Shown: positions 27,991-41,468 of the stretch, one piece after another
Numbering within the stretch: the stretch's first letter is position 1
Layout of the letters: every line of letters starts with the position of its first letter
Assembly: GCA_030141605.1 (NCBI GenBank)
Contig: JAQGDQ010000708.1
Coordinates: forward strand, 45,108 to 109,107
From: Tubiluchus corallicola
Taxonomy: Eukaryota; Animalia; Priapulida
Length of the DNA stretch: 64,000 nucleotides
Direction: 5' to 3'
Made by a program: the position numbers and the translations under genes
The notes under the pieces: model-generated
Database searches by the model: none
Told to the model about the DNA's origin: nothing
The model's input: the letters and a program-made list of their open reading frames with translations, nothing else

Positions 27991-29759
27991 CCCATCTGCC
28001 TCCCCCTCCCCGCTTATTGATTCGTTTCGAATATTATAATCTTATAATGTAATTAGACTCTTCTTTAGTTATAGAATTAGAATTTATTGCTAGATTTACC
28101 ATGAGCAAACAAGTTTACGATGACAATTTACACAGAAAACATTAAATTAACACAAATTTTCACACAGAAAACATTAATATCTAATTATAATTTTCATTGA
28201 GGTTACTTGTAAGCCCTAGGACAACACCGGGACGAAAATATTGTGTTGATGCTGCCCAGATAAATGGAATCTTTGTGTTCATATTGTTACGAAGACAGAT
28301 TTTGACCAACACCCTAATGTTAGTAATGGGTATGGTTGAGAAGCCCAGTAATGCAAATGTACCTGTATAAAACAGAATGCATGCCGTAATTTTACGATTC
28401 CAACCTGGCCTTTCTGTCTGTAAAGGTGAATGCTGTAGGTTTGCTAATTTTTATACAAAAATCTGTTCACATGTCATGGAGCTACTGATTGTGCATTAAA
28501 GTTTATTTTACATTTATATTCTTTTTGCTTTTTTCGTCTGCTGTAAAGTATTTCATAACTTGTATGCCGCTCTATACATCCTGAGACGGATCCGCGCTGG
28601 AACCCGGAGCCATTACACTAGTGTCAGAAGTGGGATCCGAAATTGCCGCTTGAAATGGACCCGAATCCGTTACAATATTATTCTTACTTTATATGGGTAT
28701 TATATACATCAACATGTGATGTTACCCTTTGTTTGTAAATGTGTAAATATTTGTTTTCTTTATAAATCTCTAATTGTACTTTTGTGTGTTGTGTAAACAA
28801 TTTTTACTAATATTTCTATACGTGTTCACTTACCAAATAAATGTATAAAAAATATGTCAAACGTCTTTAATTTTCCTTTTCGTTCCATTCCTTCTCCACG
28901 TTTCCTTCTCCTCTTTCTCTCCTTCTTCTTCTTTTCCTCTGACCGGTCAACTGAGACCGACCAATAACAACACAAAGATAATAAAAGCAGGGTAGAGGAT
29001 ATTCTATCTCAGCACCTGCTTCGTAATGACGACCAGCATGCAGTTCAATGCATTACACATTTTGATGCTTTCTGTACAGCTGTATGCTGTGTCAGCGAAT
29101 CTGCACCGTCCGTCTTCGTAAAAACAATATGATTAAATTACCACCATCATCGTCATCATTACCATCATCACTACTGTTGTCACGGCTGTCATCACCATAA
29201 TCGTCACTCCGTAATTGTTGTCATTGTCATCTGTCGTTGCCAATGCTTCAAGTTTGTAAATGTAATCCAGTTTCTTTAGCACCTGGTGAAGCCATTAGCG
29301 AAAGAGAAAAAATCTCGGACGTGCTCCAAATCTCATCTATCAATTCCTGCAAAGAGGCGTCGTTTAACTCAGTTTCCTTCACTTCCTCTAACCGGAAGTA
29401 TTCCATGCTCTATTTCCCATTAACTCTACTGGACAAACTGTTAGCTCACACTCAGTCTCCTTCATTAAAACATTTTTTACATGGTGTCGACTATAAATTT
29501 CTCCGGCTTCCGGAAACTGCACCGGAAATAAAATGAGTGCACGACGGAAACTTTAGCACTGCTTGGCTTCTGAATTCTATAGCTAATAAAAGTAATTTTC
29601 CCCCCCAGTAAACGAATGAATATTTCCCCCAGTAAACTCCTACTGAAATTTTATAACATAAAAACATCAAATGTGAAAATCCCGAGATGTAAGAATCCTG
29701 AGACCAGTTTAAATAAACTTGCATTAAATTAAATTAATTTGAATTAACTATAAACAATA

Positions 29760-30320
29760 AAACTATTGAATTAACAACCAATTTTAGTTTAAAGCAAAAT
29801 CGGGCCCAAAAACTCTAGGTGTAAAATCAATCTACTCTTTAAAATATTAAAAGAAAACATGCTATTTATTCAAAAATGACTTACGTGAAGGAATTATTAC
29901 CACACAAACACAATTTCACGTTCGCGCCATTAGTTCTTTGCTGTTACAAGTATTTTGCCATTCGCTAGTTAGACGGGCACTAGCGCCTGCATTTTGGAAA
30001 CCCATTACACAAAAACAGGTGCTGTACCTCTCAGTTCAGATGTGTTAGTTTCTCATGAACTACACACGTTCGACAGCTCATGCGTGAGCAAAGCGGTAAA
30101 TTTGAAATTTGAATTTTCATCTTACAACTTGCCTAATTTTAGCACAACACACTGAATCTCTTACAGTAGCACTGAACTTCAATTTTCGCTTTCCCAAAAC
30201 ACTCGTGGAATATTTTTGTTGTCGAAAATTATGTTAATTTGTGAAGTCAATAGTTGGCTTGCCCGCCGTTAATTAAGCTTTTAATCTATTATTTAATTAT
30301 CAGAAACGCTTTTGCAGTAT
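29760..30320 (+). mobile_element. Dispersed repeat family F (unclassified)
   Basis: Colinear similarity with ~54700-55200 (AATCTACTCTTTAAAATATT, CATTCGCTAGTTAGACGGG, CAGTTCAGATGTGTTAGTTT). Confidence 0.7.
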
Positions 30321-30855
30321 AATTTTTCTTTTTTATATTTCTTTCTTTAGTAACAAATTTATATAAGTTTTGGTTTTCCCTTTTCAGTAGCAACAATTGT
30401 TTCACCAGTTTGGCTGGTTGTATTTCAATGTTTTTATTCGTTTCAGTTTCAGAAAGAATAAAAAATTTCTAAAATCCGAAAACTTACTTTTTAAAAACAA
30501 TTTTATTCGGTTCTAATACAATCTTTAATCATTTTTTGTTATCAAATGGCTAGAACCAGTGGCTATAGATGTATTTTTGAAAAGTATGTAGGTTGCTGCC
30601 ATATTTCTCAAATAGGGCTATAATATCTCAAGCTAGAAAGTGAAACAGTTTAAATATTGTATTTCTTGCAAGTGGTACTAATATTAACTAGTTCAGAACG
30701 CGAATCGTTGGGTTACTTGTACACGCACGCACGTACGAACGTGTTCATGTACGCACGCATGCCTGCACACGTGCGTTTTTCATTGCAAACTTACATAACT
30801 ATGTAAACGTGGATATAGCTCGTACGCCATGTTACGCATGATGTGCCTTCGTCAC

Positions 30856-31600
30856 TTCTTTTCTTCTTCTTCTTCTTCAAAATTTCATTCCACCCTTTGT
30901 AGGCACCGAGGTATTAAAATTTATCAGAGTATTCCACTCACTTCTATCTGCAGCTAACAGTGTAAGTTCTTCTACTCCTAAAGATAGATTTGGTTGAAGT
31001 TGTTGAGCATCTTTATTTATCTTACCTATCTAAGTTGCTTTTTGGTTTGCCAGGTGGTTTCTTGCAAGGTTTTATGGCTTTCTTTAAGGCAAATCTTACT
31101 GGTGCTTCATTCGGTAATCTTAGAAGATGTCCTAGCCATCTTAATCTTCGGATCTTGACTTTTGAACTCCAAGAAATTTCTTTTGTTCTGGTGTATAAAT
31201 CTTCATTTTTGATTATGATTATGAGAATGTATGGCCATCTTATCTTTAAAACTTTCCTAAAGAGACTTCTATGAAATGTGACAATCTGCTTTTCTTGAGT
31301 AATTGTTAAACCCCAAGTTTCACTGTTGTACATAAATATGCTGGTAACTTAAGCGTTAAATAATCGAAGTCTTATGTTAAAACTTAAGTTCTTGCTAGTT
31401 AATGCAAAATTGTGTTGAAGAAAAGCAAGCACTGCTTGTTGCTTTCTGCTTTTAATGTCATCTTCGGTGTTTAGAAAAGTCCCCATGAATTTGCACTTTT
31501 ACCAAGACCGATTACCGTCTCTTACAATAATATATTCTTCTGTTTTTGACTGATTTACTTGAATATTTCTTTTCTCTAGTTTTTGGAAAATCCCTTTTTA
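30856..31600 (-). mobile_element. Degenerate 5'-truncated RTE-clade LINE (ORF2 C-terminal part) with (GAA)n tail
   Basis: The translation YNSETW..L...FHR.L.RK.L.I.W...NEDLY...I..RRLRWLGH.LR is the typical post-RT region of RTE-clade LINEs. Stops lie upstream, and there is a (TTC)n run at ~30856-30878. Confidence 0.85.
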
Positions 31601-32254
31601 TTGTGTTAGTTTGAGAATTTCATCTTTCTTTTAGATTTTTGAATTAGAAGCCCATTTACGGTTGCCATGGATCCATTTTTTCTTTCGTAAAACTTTAGAT
31701 TAACAGAAGAAGAACTCTATTGTGACGTCACAATAGAAAATTGACTGAGACATTCTATGTTTACGTATGAAACTGACGTCACGCCAAAATACTTATTCGC
31801 AGAATTACCACGCAAACGAATTACCAAAAAAAACTAAAAAATTTACGGTGCTTTATATGGAATACAGATGCTGTCATCTGGTGAACGTTTATAGAACGAA
31901 CTCCTATTAATGTCGCCCAATGATTCGCCGCTAAATTTTTAATTGTTATGCCCCACTCAGCTGTCGTTGAGTTTAGAGAATCGATGTTACTGACGAGTGT
32001 CGCCCATTAAACTGATACATGTCTTAGTTGATGGCTCCAGGCGAGTTATAGATGCAATTTTAAACAGCACTGCTGCGCTTTGGAAATTCAAAACTATACT
32101 ATCCTTAACTAAAGTTTATCAAAATTACGACTACTAGTGAAATGCCAATGAAATAATAATGTTGGCCTTATAATATTCTTCTACTTTATTTTAGCTTTTC
32201 AGAAAAAATTACTGTTATTCTATTTTAAGCAATAATAATAACAAATAATAATGA

Positions 32255-32591
32255 TAGTGATAGTGACAGTGAACGTGAACGTGAACGTGAACGTGAACGT
32301 GAACGTGAACGTGAACGTGAACGTGAACGTGAACGTGAACGTGAACGTGAACGTGAACGTGAACGTGAACGTGAACGTGAACGTGACCGTGACCGTGACC
32401 GTGACCGTGACCGTGACCGTGACCGTGACCGTGACCGTGACCGTGACCGTGACCGTGACCGTGACCGTGACAGTGACAGTGACAGTGACAGTGACAGTGA
32501 CAGTGACAGTGACAGTGACAGTGACAGTGACAGTGACAATAACAATAACAAAGGCAATAACAATAACAATAACAATAACAATAACAATAGC

Positions 32592-32642
<51 letters not shown>

Positions 32643-32692
32643 AACAACAGCAGCAGCAACAACAACAAAAACAATAATAATAATAATAATAA
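32255..32692. repeat. Compound microsatellite (GTGAAC)n-(GTGACC)n-(GTGACA)n-(ATAACA)n-(ACA)n
   Basis: Direct observation. Confidence 0.95.
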
Positions 32693-32696
32693 CATT

Positions 32697-32995
32697 AGTT
32701 TATGAAGCGAGAATTCTACAACACAAAAGTATGAAGGAACGCGAAATGATTACACTAAAATCTGGAAAACGTTTAAGTGTATCTGAAAATACAAGTATAC
32801 AAGAGAATGTGCAAGCGGTGTCCGTATGAATCCGTCTGCTCTGGTCTCAACGGCCTGCTTCGCCTTATATAGTGCGCCCGAGAAGTTTCTAGAAGTTCCT
32901 TTCCAGAACATTCTACACGGTAAGACGATTATTTTAACGGAACATTCTACAATGTTCTATGTAATTCTAATAGATGCCAACGATCTCCACAACAC
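32697..32995 (-). mobile_element. LTR-like repeat, copy 1 (partial)
   Basis: Similar to ~46843-47147. On the minus strand it starts TGTGTTGTGGAGAT and contains CTATATAAGG. Confidence 0.55.
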
Positions 32996-33169
32996 ATAAT
33001 AAGGTTATAGTTATAGATGCCGAAAGGAACTATGCGAGTCAAGCAAATGGATATTATAAATTTGAGCGGATGGAGCTGATTCGCTACTTCATTTCACGTT
33101 ATAAAACAACGTTACAGAAACGACAGGAATTACATTTTCTATATTTTTATAGAAAAAACTTGCCAGAGT

Positions 33170-33400
33170 CCTCTATGTTCCGTGCTAGTACTACGGAATA
33201 GGTGCTGAGATGCTAAACGCACATGTCCGTCAGCCAGTTGAACCGACGAGGCCGTTCCATAGCGACGGTTTTACACCTGGTTTTCAACGTCACTATGCAA
33301 TGGCTTCGCATGGACGAGACCACCACAATGTAGAGGGGTGGGTGGAAAATAAATGGCATTTCGTCCGTGTAATGACATCATGCAATGTAATGGTGGAAGT
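33170..33400 (+). mobile_element. Dispersed repeat family E copy
   Basis: Similarity to 13110-13340. Confidence 0.65.
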
Positions 33401-33669
33401 TGGCTGAGCTAATTTAACTGCAAGTGACTAGTATACGTGCCGTAAATAGCAATGTGTCGTCATCAGCATACATTACATGATTTGAATATGTGTTTAACGA
33501 CAGCTTATTAACAACTGATGCGAGGACGCTAGTCTATGGGGACGGATATTACTGTGCCTAGAGCATCATGCAATTATTGTATCTATCTCACCTTGCAATG
33601 TGGAAAGAATATATCATTGGAGGCTCCTTGAAGTTAGAAAGCGTAAAGTAAAAGTAGACAAACACGTAC

Positions 33670-34127
<458 letters not shown>

Positions 34128-34239
34128 CAATAATGGGGTTAGAAAAATGCTATGAACTTAATAATAAAGTTAAAGGTGATCAAGAAAAAAAGGAAAAAAC
34201 TTAAAGTAATAATGCATTATTTTCATAAATTCTACTTAC

Positions 34240-34339
34240 TAGCTAGTGGTGACTGGGCTGCTGACGTGAATGTCACGTGACTCAAACAGACAAATAAGCA
34301 AGCCGATAGCAAAATGAAATATAACCTTCGAAGCAACAT
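34240..34339 (-). CDS. Neuropeptide precursor, signal-peptide exon (MLLRRLYFILLSACLFVCLSHVTFTSAAQSPLA)
   Basis: Acceptor cgttttttttttcAG (exon starts 34352), ATG in AAACAATG context, basic n-region, hydrophobic core and small-residue c-region. Canonical donor A|GTAAGT at 34240/34239. Its 100 coding nt leave phase 1, matching the acceptor at 25330 (A|AC = Asn) and giving a 194-aa ORF. Confidence 0.8.
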
Positions 34340-34759
34340 TGTTTCTCTAATTCTGAAAAAAAAACGAAAAGATGTTAAGAATGTTAAAAAAATGGTAAGA
34401 ATACAAGAAACGTGACCCAAACACTTAAACTGCTGAAGTAACTATTTTCTGGCTTCAAAATCTTCGAAACTGGTTAATGTACTGAAGCCGAAACTGAGTT
34501 TGTGGCGCATGAGTTAATTATCTAAGGAGCCCTTGCCAACGTTTTTAATTTTATAATGTGACCACCATTATGACGTCATCATTACTTACGGGCCGCACCG
34601 AATCGTCCGACGAACTTGTGGTAATAACGTAGCTATAAAAAGTTGACCCACCGCCTCTACGGACTACTACCCATATTAGCGAAGGTTATACTGACTAAAA
34701 CAAAGCTATGGCTTTAAACTTTGTAGTTCAATTTAAACTAATTTAGGGAATTTAAACTT

Positions 34760-35585
34760 TAGATTTACCGGTCTTAAACTACTTAGAAAATCCATCTCCA
34801 GATTTACCGGTCTTAAACTACTTAGAAAATCTAGCTCCAGATTTACTGGTCTTAAACTACTTAGAAAATCTAGCTCCAGATTTACCGGTCTTAAACTACT
34901 TAGAAAATCCAGCTCCAGATTTACCGGTCTTAAACTACTTAGAAAATCCAACTCCAGATTTACCGGTCTTAAACTACTTAGAAAATCCAGCTCCAGATTT
35001 ACTGGTCTTAAACTACTTAGAAAATCCAGCTCCAGATTTACCAGTCTTAAACTACTCAGAAAATCCAGCTCCAGATTTACTGGTCTTAAACTACTTAGAA
35101 AATCCAGCTCCAGTTTTACTGGTCTTAAACTACTTAGAAAATCCAGCTCCAGATTTACCAGTCTTAAACTACTTAGAAAATCTAGCTCTAGATTTACCGG
35201 TCTTAAACTACTTAGAAAATCTAGCTCCAGATTTACCAGTCTTAAACTACTTAGAAAATATAGCTCTAGATTTACCAGTCTTAAACTACTTAGAAAATCC
35301 AGCTCCAGATTTACCAGTCTTAAACTACTTAGAAAATCTAGCTCCAGATTTACCAGTCTTAAACTACTTAGAAAATATAGCTCTAGATTTACCAGTCTTA
35401 AACTACTTAGAAAATCCAGCTCCAGATTTACCAGTCTTAAACTACTTAGAAAATATAGCTCTAGATTTACCAGTCTTAAACTACTTAGAAAATCCAGCTC
35501 CAGATTTACCAGTCTTAAACTACTTAGAAAATCTAGCTCCAGATTTACCGGTCTTAAACTACTTAGAAAATCTAGCTCCAGATTT
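34760..35585. repeat. 39-bp minisatellite (cagatttaccggtcttaaactacttagaaaatccagctc), ~21 copies
   Basis: Tandem units. Confidence 0.95.
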
Positions 35586-35609
35586 AAAAGTTTTAATCTA
35601 CATGGAAAA

Positions 35610-36060
35610 TTAGAATAATTATCTTAGAAAGTTAATTAACGGCAACTGAACACAGGTATTGCTTACGTCAGAGACTAACCACAGTTTGTGCAATGGCAGA
35701 CGTCTTCCCTTGCGCGTCAAGCACGTTTGCGTAAGTGTTACTGCTTAAACGGGTGATGTCACGAAATATGGGCTTTACATCATATGACGTCAGAAACTAA
35801 CACTGCAGTTCGTGATCATGGTTATCACGATACTGCCTTCTATTTGTCGGCCACGGGAATGTGACAAAAAGGCGCCGCTGCCAATCTTAGTAGATTCACT
35901 GAGTCGCGCGTAGCTTTGAAAGCTTAACGAAATTTGAGTATCCAAGGTAATTATTATTTAATCTAAGCTTTGATTTAAAACAAGCTGTTGTAGTTTTCAA
36001 TATTTTAGAACATTGTTTATTCTAAACTAATGTTTACACAATCATCCGGTTTTCCTTTAA
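35610..36060 (-). mobile_element. Family A Kolobok-like element, inverted partial copy
   Basis: Reverse complement of ~1542-1995; ends CAATCATCCGGTTTTCCT-TTAA. Confidence 0.85.
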
Positions 36061-36334
36061 ATATGTCAGCATAGAACCAGCGAGAGCCTAGAAAGTTTAC
36101 TAAATTGCGCGTACTAAATGATTTAAATCAAAGAGAGAGAGAGAGAGAGAAAGACGTAACTAAAGTTGTTGCTTAGCTAGGCTAGGATACTAATGCATTT
36201 ACCGTTCGCAAGTAATACGCACGCCTGTTAATCAACCGAGTTTAGAGTTAAAACTTAGTCTACAGTTTTAGCTGATTGTAAAAGTAATGAAATTATAAGG
36301 GAAAATAAAATTTCACCCTAAATGACTTATCTAC

Positions 36335-37005
36335 ATAATAATTACTGGGTACCCATAATTACTTGGTACCCTAATAATTACTGCGTACCCTAATAATTAC
36401 TGGGTTCCCTAATAATTACTGTGTACCCTAATAAATACTGGGTGCCCTAATAATTACAGGGTACCCTAATAATTACTGCGTACCCTAATAAATACTGGTT
36501 GCCCTAATAATTACTGGGTTCCTAATAATTACTGCGTACCCTAATAAATACTGGGTGCCCTAATAATTACAGGGTACCATAATAATTACTTGGTACCCTA
36601 ATAATTACTGGGTACCCTAATAATTACAGGGTACCCTAATAATTACTGCGTACCCTAATAATTACTGGGTGCCCTAATAATTACAGGGTACCATAATAAT
36701 TACTTGGTACCCTAATAATTACTGGGTACCCTAATAATTACAGGGTGCCCTAATAATTACTGGGTACCCTAATAATTACAGGGTACCCTAATAATTACTG
36801 GGTGCCCTAATAAATACTGGGTACCCTAATAATTACAGGGAACCCTAATAATTGCTGCGTACCCTAATAAATACTGGGTGCCCTAATAATTACTGGGTTC
36901 CCTAATAATTACTGCGTACCCTAATAAATACTGGGTGCCCTAATAATTACTGGGTGCCCTAATAATTACTGGGTTCCCTAATAATTACTGCGTACCCTAA
37001 TAATT
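36335..37005. repeat. 19-bp minisatellite (taataattactgggtaccc), ~35 copies
   Basis: Tandem units, many carrying the palindrome GGGTACCC. Confidence 0.95.
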
Positions 37006-38016
37006 TTCTAGCACTTCAAAATTTAACGTAAACAGGAAAAACTTGAGAAAGAGACGATTTTTATGAAAACAATTGGACTTTTCACGTACTTGTCCTGCCA
37101 GCGGAACAGGTGCTGAGACGTAAAAGCATCTGGGCTGGTGCCTGCTGTGAATCAAAGATGGGTTTTTATCTTGAATTCGTCATCACTATGTAACGTCTTC
37201 GAAAAGACCGGACCATTTCAACTGCGGGGGGGGGGGGGGGGGGTGATGGCTTTTCGTCTTCAGCTCAACAATGTATCAGTTTAGAGTTTTGCCACAGTGG
37301 AGCCAAAGACCGGACCATTTAATTTTACCATTTTTCAGTACGATCCAATAATTATAAAGATATGGAGAAACTCGTAGATTTTGTGGTCTGCTTCTTTTTC
37401 CCAAAGTTTCTCCTATGTGGAATCCTGTTTATTTACACGGCGGAAAGACAACATCAACAGCCAGCGATCTCCACAACACATATCCAACAAGAATTTGAAT
37501 TTGATCTCCCTGTTGGAAGACAGTCGTTGTAGTACACCTACGAAAACTAGCCCATCAACAAAACAATGGCACGTGGCACAAGTAATGACAGTAATTACAA
37601 ATGACAGTAATTAAAACATCAAAGTCGGCGGTGTTAGAAAATGAAATTAAACTTCGTCGGCGCTTTGAAAATGAAGTCGTCCCTCTTTCACGTGTTCTAA
37701 TCTTTATTTGCAATGAGTTAACTTTATAAAGATTTATTCCAGAAACCAGAGTAGCGTGTAATATTACTAGACATTCAAAGAGACTGATGTTGCCACAAAG
37801 TCATTAGACTCGCCAATGATCATACGTGAGTAATTAGTTAAAATCTCATTAAGCTGCTTTCAAAGTCGTCAGCTAATTATGATGTCAGTAAATTATGTGT
37901 GAATCTTTGAAGAGTGAAAATATTGAAATTGCACGTTGTCAAGGCAGCGCGTCTTCCGCCCAAGGTTACAACGTAACGTAACGAGTTTATTTACGTTGTT
38001 ATTAATTAATTTGATA

Positions 38017-38690
38017 TTAAAGCACAAGAAGCTTTTCCACTTACATAAAACTCTAAAGATTCGTCTTGAAATTTTGTACCACTTACATACTGCCTTTTTG
38101 CATACAGGACTTGTGTCGGCAGTAGCGCTGCATAAAACATGTAAATTTAAACTCCCGCGATCACCGTTAGACGCAGCCATTTTTAACTGAAACAAGTTTA
38201 GATAACATTGTGTAAAGTTTGAAAAAATAATCAGAGCATTCGTAGCACACACGTCACTAACAGAGTAAAATTTAAAATTACTCTATCTTGTCAATAAAAT
38301 TTAAAATACGTTTTTGGTTAATGAGTGGCGCACCCTGGAGGGTGAGTCATCGACATTTTACCAATTGGTGAAAACACTTTAAATAATTAATAATTTTCTT
38401 TTCTAGTTACTTAAGTCTTTCAAGCAGGTAAGTGAAATACTAATTATAACTTTGTATGGAAAGTCTTTTGGGACATAGTTAAACATTTTTTACTTCCCCC
38501 GATTTACATTGTGCATGTATGACGTCATGTAATGGCGCGGTCGGAAGAGCCCTGCGGAAATTTAAAACGAAAACAAAGAAAAAATCATTTGATCGAGAAA
38601 ACGATATACATATAAAATTATCATAAAGTGATATAATTTTTAAGGCGATTTTTCTGAAACCTACTTCAGGTACCCCTTTTCTCGTTGTAC
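38017..38690 (-). mobile_element. Family B Kolobok-like element, inverted copy
   Basis: Begins TTAA-AGCACAAGAA; reverse complement of the 39.2-39.95 kb copy. Confidence 0.8.
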
Positions 38691-39018
38691 TAGTAGTATA
38701 AAATATCTAATATAATGACAGTAATAATATTTTACTGGCGAATCAGACATCATCGAACCACACTAACAAACGTTTTTGTGGAGATAACTCACCTAACTCA
38801 TACTTGTCAAATTGTATTGACGCTTTGCACTATATCTTGAAAATGACGCTTGTTCACAAAAGATACCGTCTTACATTCGTATAGATATTTGCTTCATAAT
38901 GAAACTCGGAACTGAAAGAAACTGGCTGGTTCAGTAACTGCTTTCAGCTCAACTCAATGCAGAATGGGAAACAGCTATACCGTGTGTGAATAGCCATCTA
39001 AGGTAAGCACCATTAGAC

Positions 39019-40094
39019 CTGGGCGCGGTTTCACAAAGCCGTCACGAAGTTAGTGACGTTGTTGTTATCAGTTTAGTGACAATTTTAACGAGCTCATTAA
39101 CGTTTGCGTTTCAGAAAGCGGGCACTATTTTAAGGATGTCACTATTTATTGACAAGAAAAGTGACGAGCTAAGAGCAGTCTTTAAATAACAAGAAAGGGG
39201 TGCCTGAAGTAGGTTTCAGGAAAATCGTCTTAAAATTTATTTTACAACAATTTTATGCGTACATCGTACTCGCGTTGAAAGGATTTTTTGTTTGTTTTCA
39301 TTTTAAATCTTCCACAACGCTGTTCCGACCGCGTCATTACATTACGTCATATACGCACAACGTAAATCAGGGAAAGAAAAGGCAATGTTAAATTATGCCC
39401 CAAAAAACTTTTCATGCAAATCTATATTACTTAGCATTTCACTTACCTGCTGGAAAGACTTGTGTAACTAGACGTTAAGTTCAAAATATTGAAAACTACA
39501 TCAGCATTTTTCAAATCAAAGCTTAAATGAAATAATATATGCCTCGGATAATTAAATTTTGTAACTAGAAATAATAATTTAAAATGTTTGTGCCAATTGG
39601 TAAAATGTCGCTGACTCACCCTCCAGGGTGCGCCACTCCTTAACCAAAAATGTATTTTTAATCTTATTGACAAGATACAGTAATTTAAAATTTTACTTAG
39701 TTAGTAACATGTGTGCTACGAATGCTCTGATTATTTTTTCAAACTTTACACAATGTTGTCTAAGCTTGTTTCAAATGACCTATCGTCAAAATGGCTGCGT
39801 CTAATTGTCATCGCGGGAGCTTAAATTTACATGTTTTATACAGCGTAACTGCCGACACAAGCTCTGTATGCAAAAAGGCAGTAGGTAAGTGATAAGTGAT
39901 AAGTTTAAGACTAATTTTCTAAGCTTTGTGTAGCTGGAGGGTTTTCTTGTGCTTTAAGACGATCAATAATTAGTGACGTTCTAACGACGTTGTTTGTGAA
40001 ATAATAGTGAAAACGTCACTAAGGCATCACTAAATGGCTTTAGTGACAGCTTTAGTGACGGCGTCCAGTATTGGCTTTGTCAAATCGGCCACTG
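39019..40094. mobile_element. PIF/Harbinger-like MITE interrupted by a family B insertion
   Basis: Imperfect 19-bp TIRs GGCGCGGTTTCACAAAGCC / GGCTTTGTCAAATCGGCCA with CTG on both sides (39019-21, 40092-94). Both halves are rich in TTAGTGAC motifs. Confidence 0.65.
39182..39957 (+). mobile_element. Family B Kolobok-like element, full-length, nested
   Basis: TTAA at both ends (39182-85, 39954-57). Confidence 0.85.
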
Positions 40095-40472
40095 GTTAGT
40101 GACTACACCAGGAAGGTAACTGAATAACTGCCTTCCAAGTAATGACGCATTCTAACTGGCGAGTTAACTCACCAAGTAACTCGCAAGAGTGTTCAGGCTA
40201 GGGAGCAAAACTAACTAAAAGTTACTCTATGACTATTCTGTGTGAGCTGACACTTCCTTTTCTATTAACCACAAGAAGTGTCGAGAGTAACTTTTAGTTA
40301 GCTCACACTAGATAGTAACAATTTCTACTCGTTGCAATTTCTATCGGAGAGCTTGCATAACTTGCCGACAGTAACTCGCAGAGCAGTTCACACTTGTGAG
40401 TTTGAACACACCATAAAACTTGTTTACAAAATAGTTAGTAGTTCATTTCATGCTTCATATCAAGAGCCTCAC

Positions 40473-40539
40473 CAGAGCTTGATGGCATCCAAGCTGCGGT
40501 GAAGAGCAAGCACAGAAGGAGGCACCAACATTCATTCAT
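40473..40539 (-). CDS. Candidate second signal-peptide exon (MNECWCLLLCLLFTAAWMPSSS)
   Basis: Pyrimidine-rich acceptor ending ggtcAG (exon from 40549), hydrophobic 22-aa ORF, donor G|GTGAGG in phase 1. No transcript evidence. Confidence 0.35.
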
Positions 40540-41468
40540 AAGCGAACCGCTGACCATAAATGAAATGAAGTTTTAAAGTCTCCCTAGCAACTAGTCTCTC
40601 TACTACCACGTTGCCTAGCAACCCAGTGGTCTAGCAACGACATTGCCTAGCAACTAGTCTCTCAGCTACCATGTCGCATAGCAACCCATTGCATAAATGA
40701 AATAAAGTCCACCCGCTAGCACACAAGCACCTACTGTGATGCTTCCGTTCCCACCACTTATTGCATAACTACTACAGCACACATTTTAAGCATAACAGGG
40801 TTAGAATTTATTTACCGTTATTGTTGTTTATTGCTATCAAAATTATTTGATTAATTGTTCACTTAGCATCCCACCCGTATTTATATTTGTATATATTGTA
40901 ATATTGTATCTGTATATATTGTAATTTTTCTCCTAACTCATTCTAGTGGCCTACCATAAGCTAGCTTCTTAGGTCTCTAGCGCAGAATTCAGGTATTGTA
41001 TAATATTTTTGTATTAACAAAAACTGATTATCGATGCACATGTAATGTATATGCATATGTTTATTGCGAAATAAATCTATTAAATCTTAAAACTTTAAAT
41101 CTAACTTAATTAATATAAATTTGATAATTTATGTATGAGATGTGTTTTTCATGTACGAGATTAGCCATGCACTACTAGTGTAAGGGAAATCGTTAAAGAA
41201 ATTATGTCATAAACGATCATACAGTTCATCAGCCCATCTCCTTAGCAACTAGTCTCTCTACCAACCCTATGGTCTAGCAACGACATTGCCTAGCAACTAG
41301 TCTCTCAGCTACCATGTCGCATAGCAACCCATTGCATGGCATCCAACCTTCCTAGCAACCAATCAGTACGAGAAAGCCAGCTTTGCTGAGTTCATGAAAT
41401 TGCTCCTACATTTTGCACTACATGATGCGACTCTCTGTTTTATGTTAGTGTATTCCATTTATATTGTG

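Noticed and set aside
28207-28362. Open phase-1/phase-1 minus-strand segment between AG and GT inside the prohormone intron
   Set aside because: The donor is weak (A|GTAACC) and the hydrophobic/basic translation is unlike a prohormone spacer; there is no other support.
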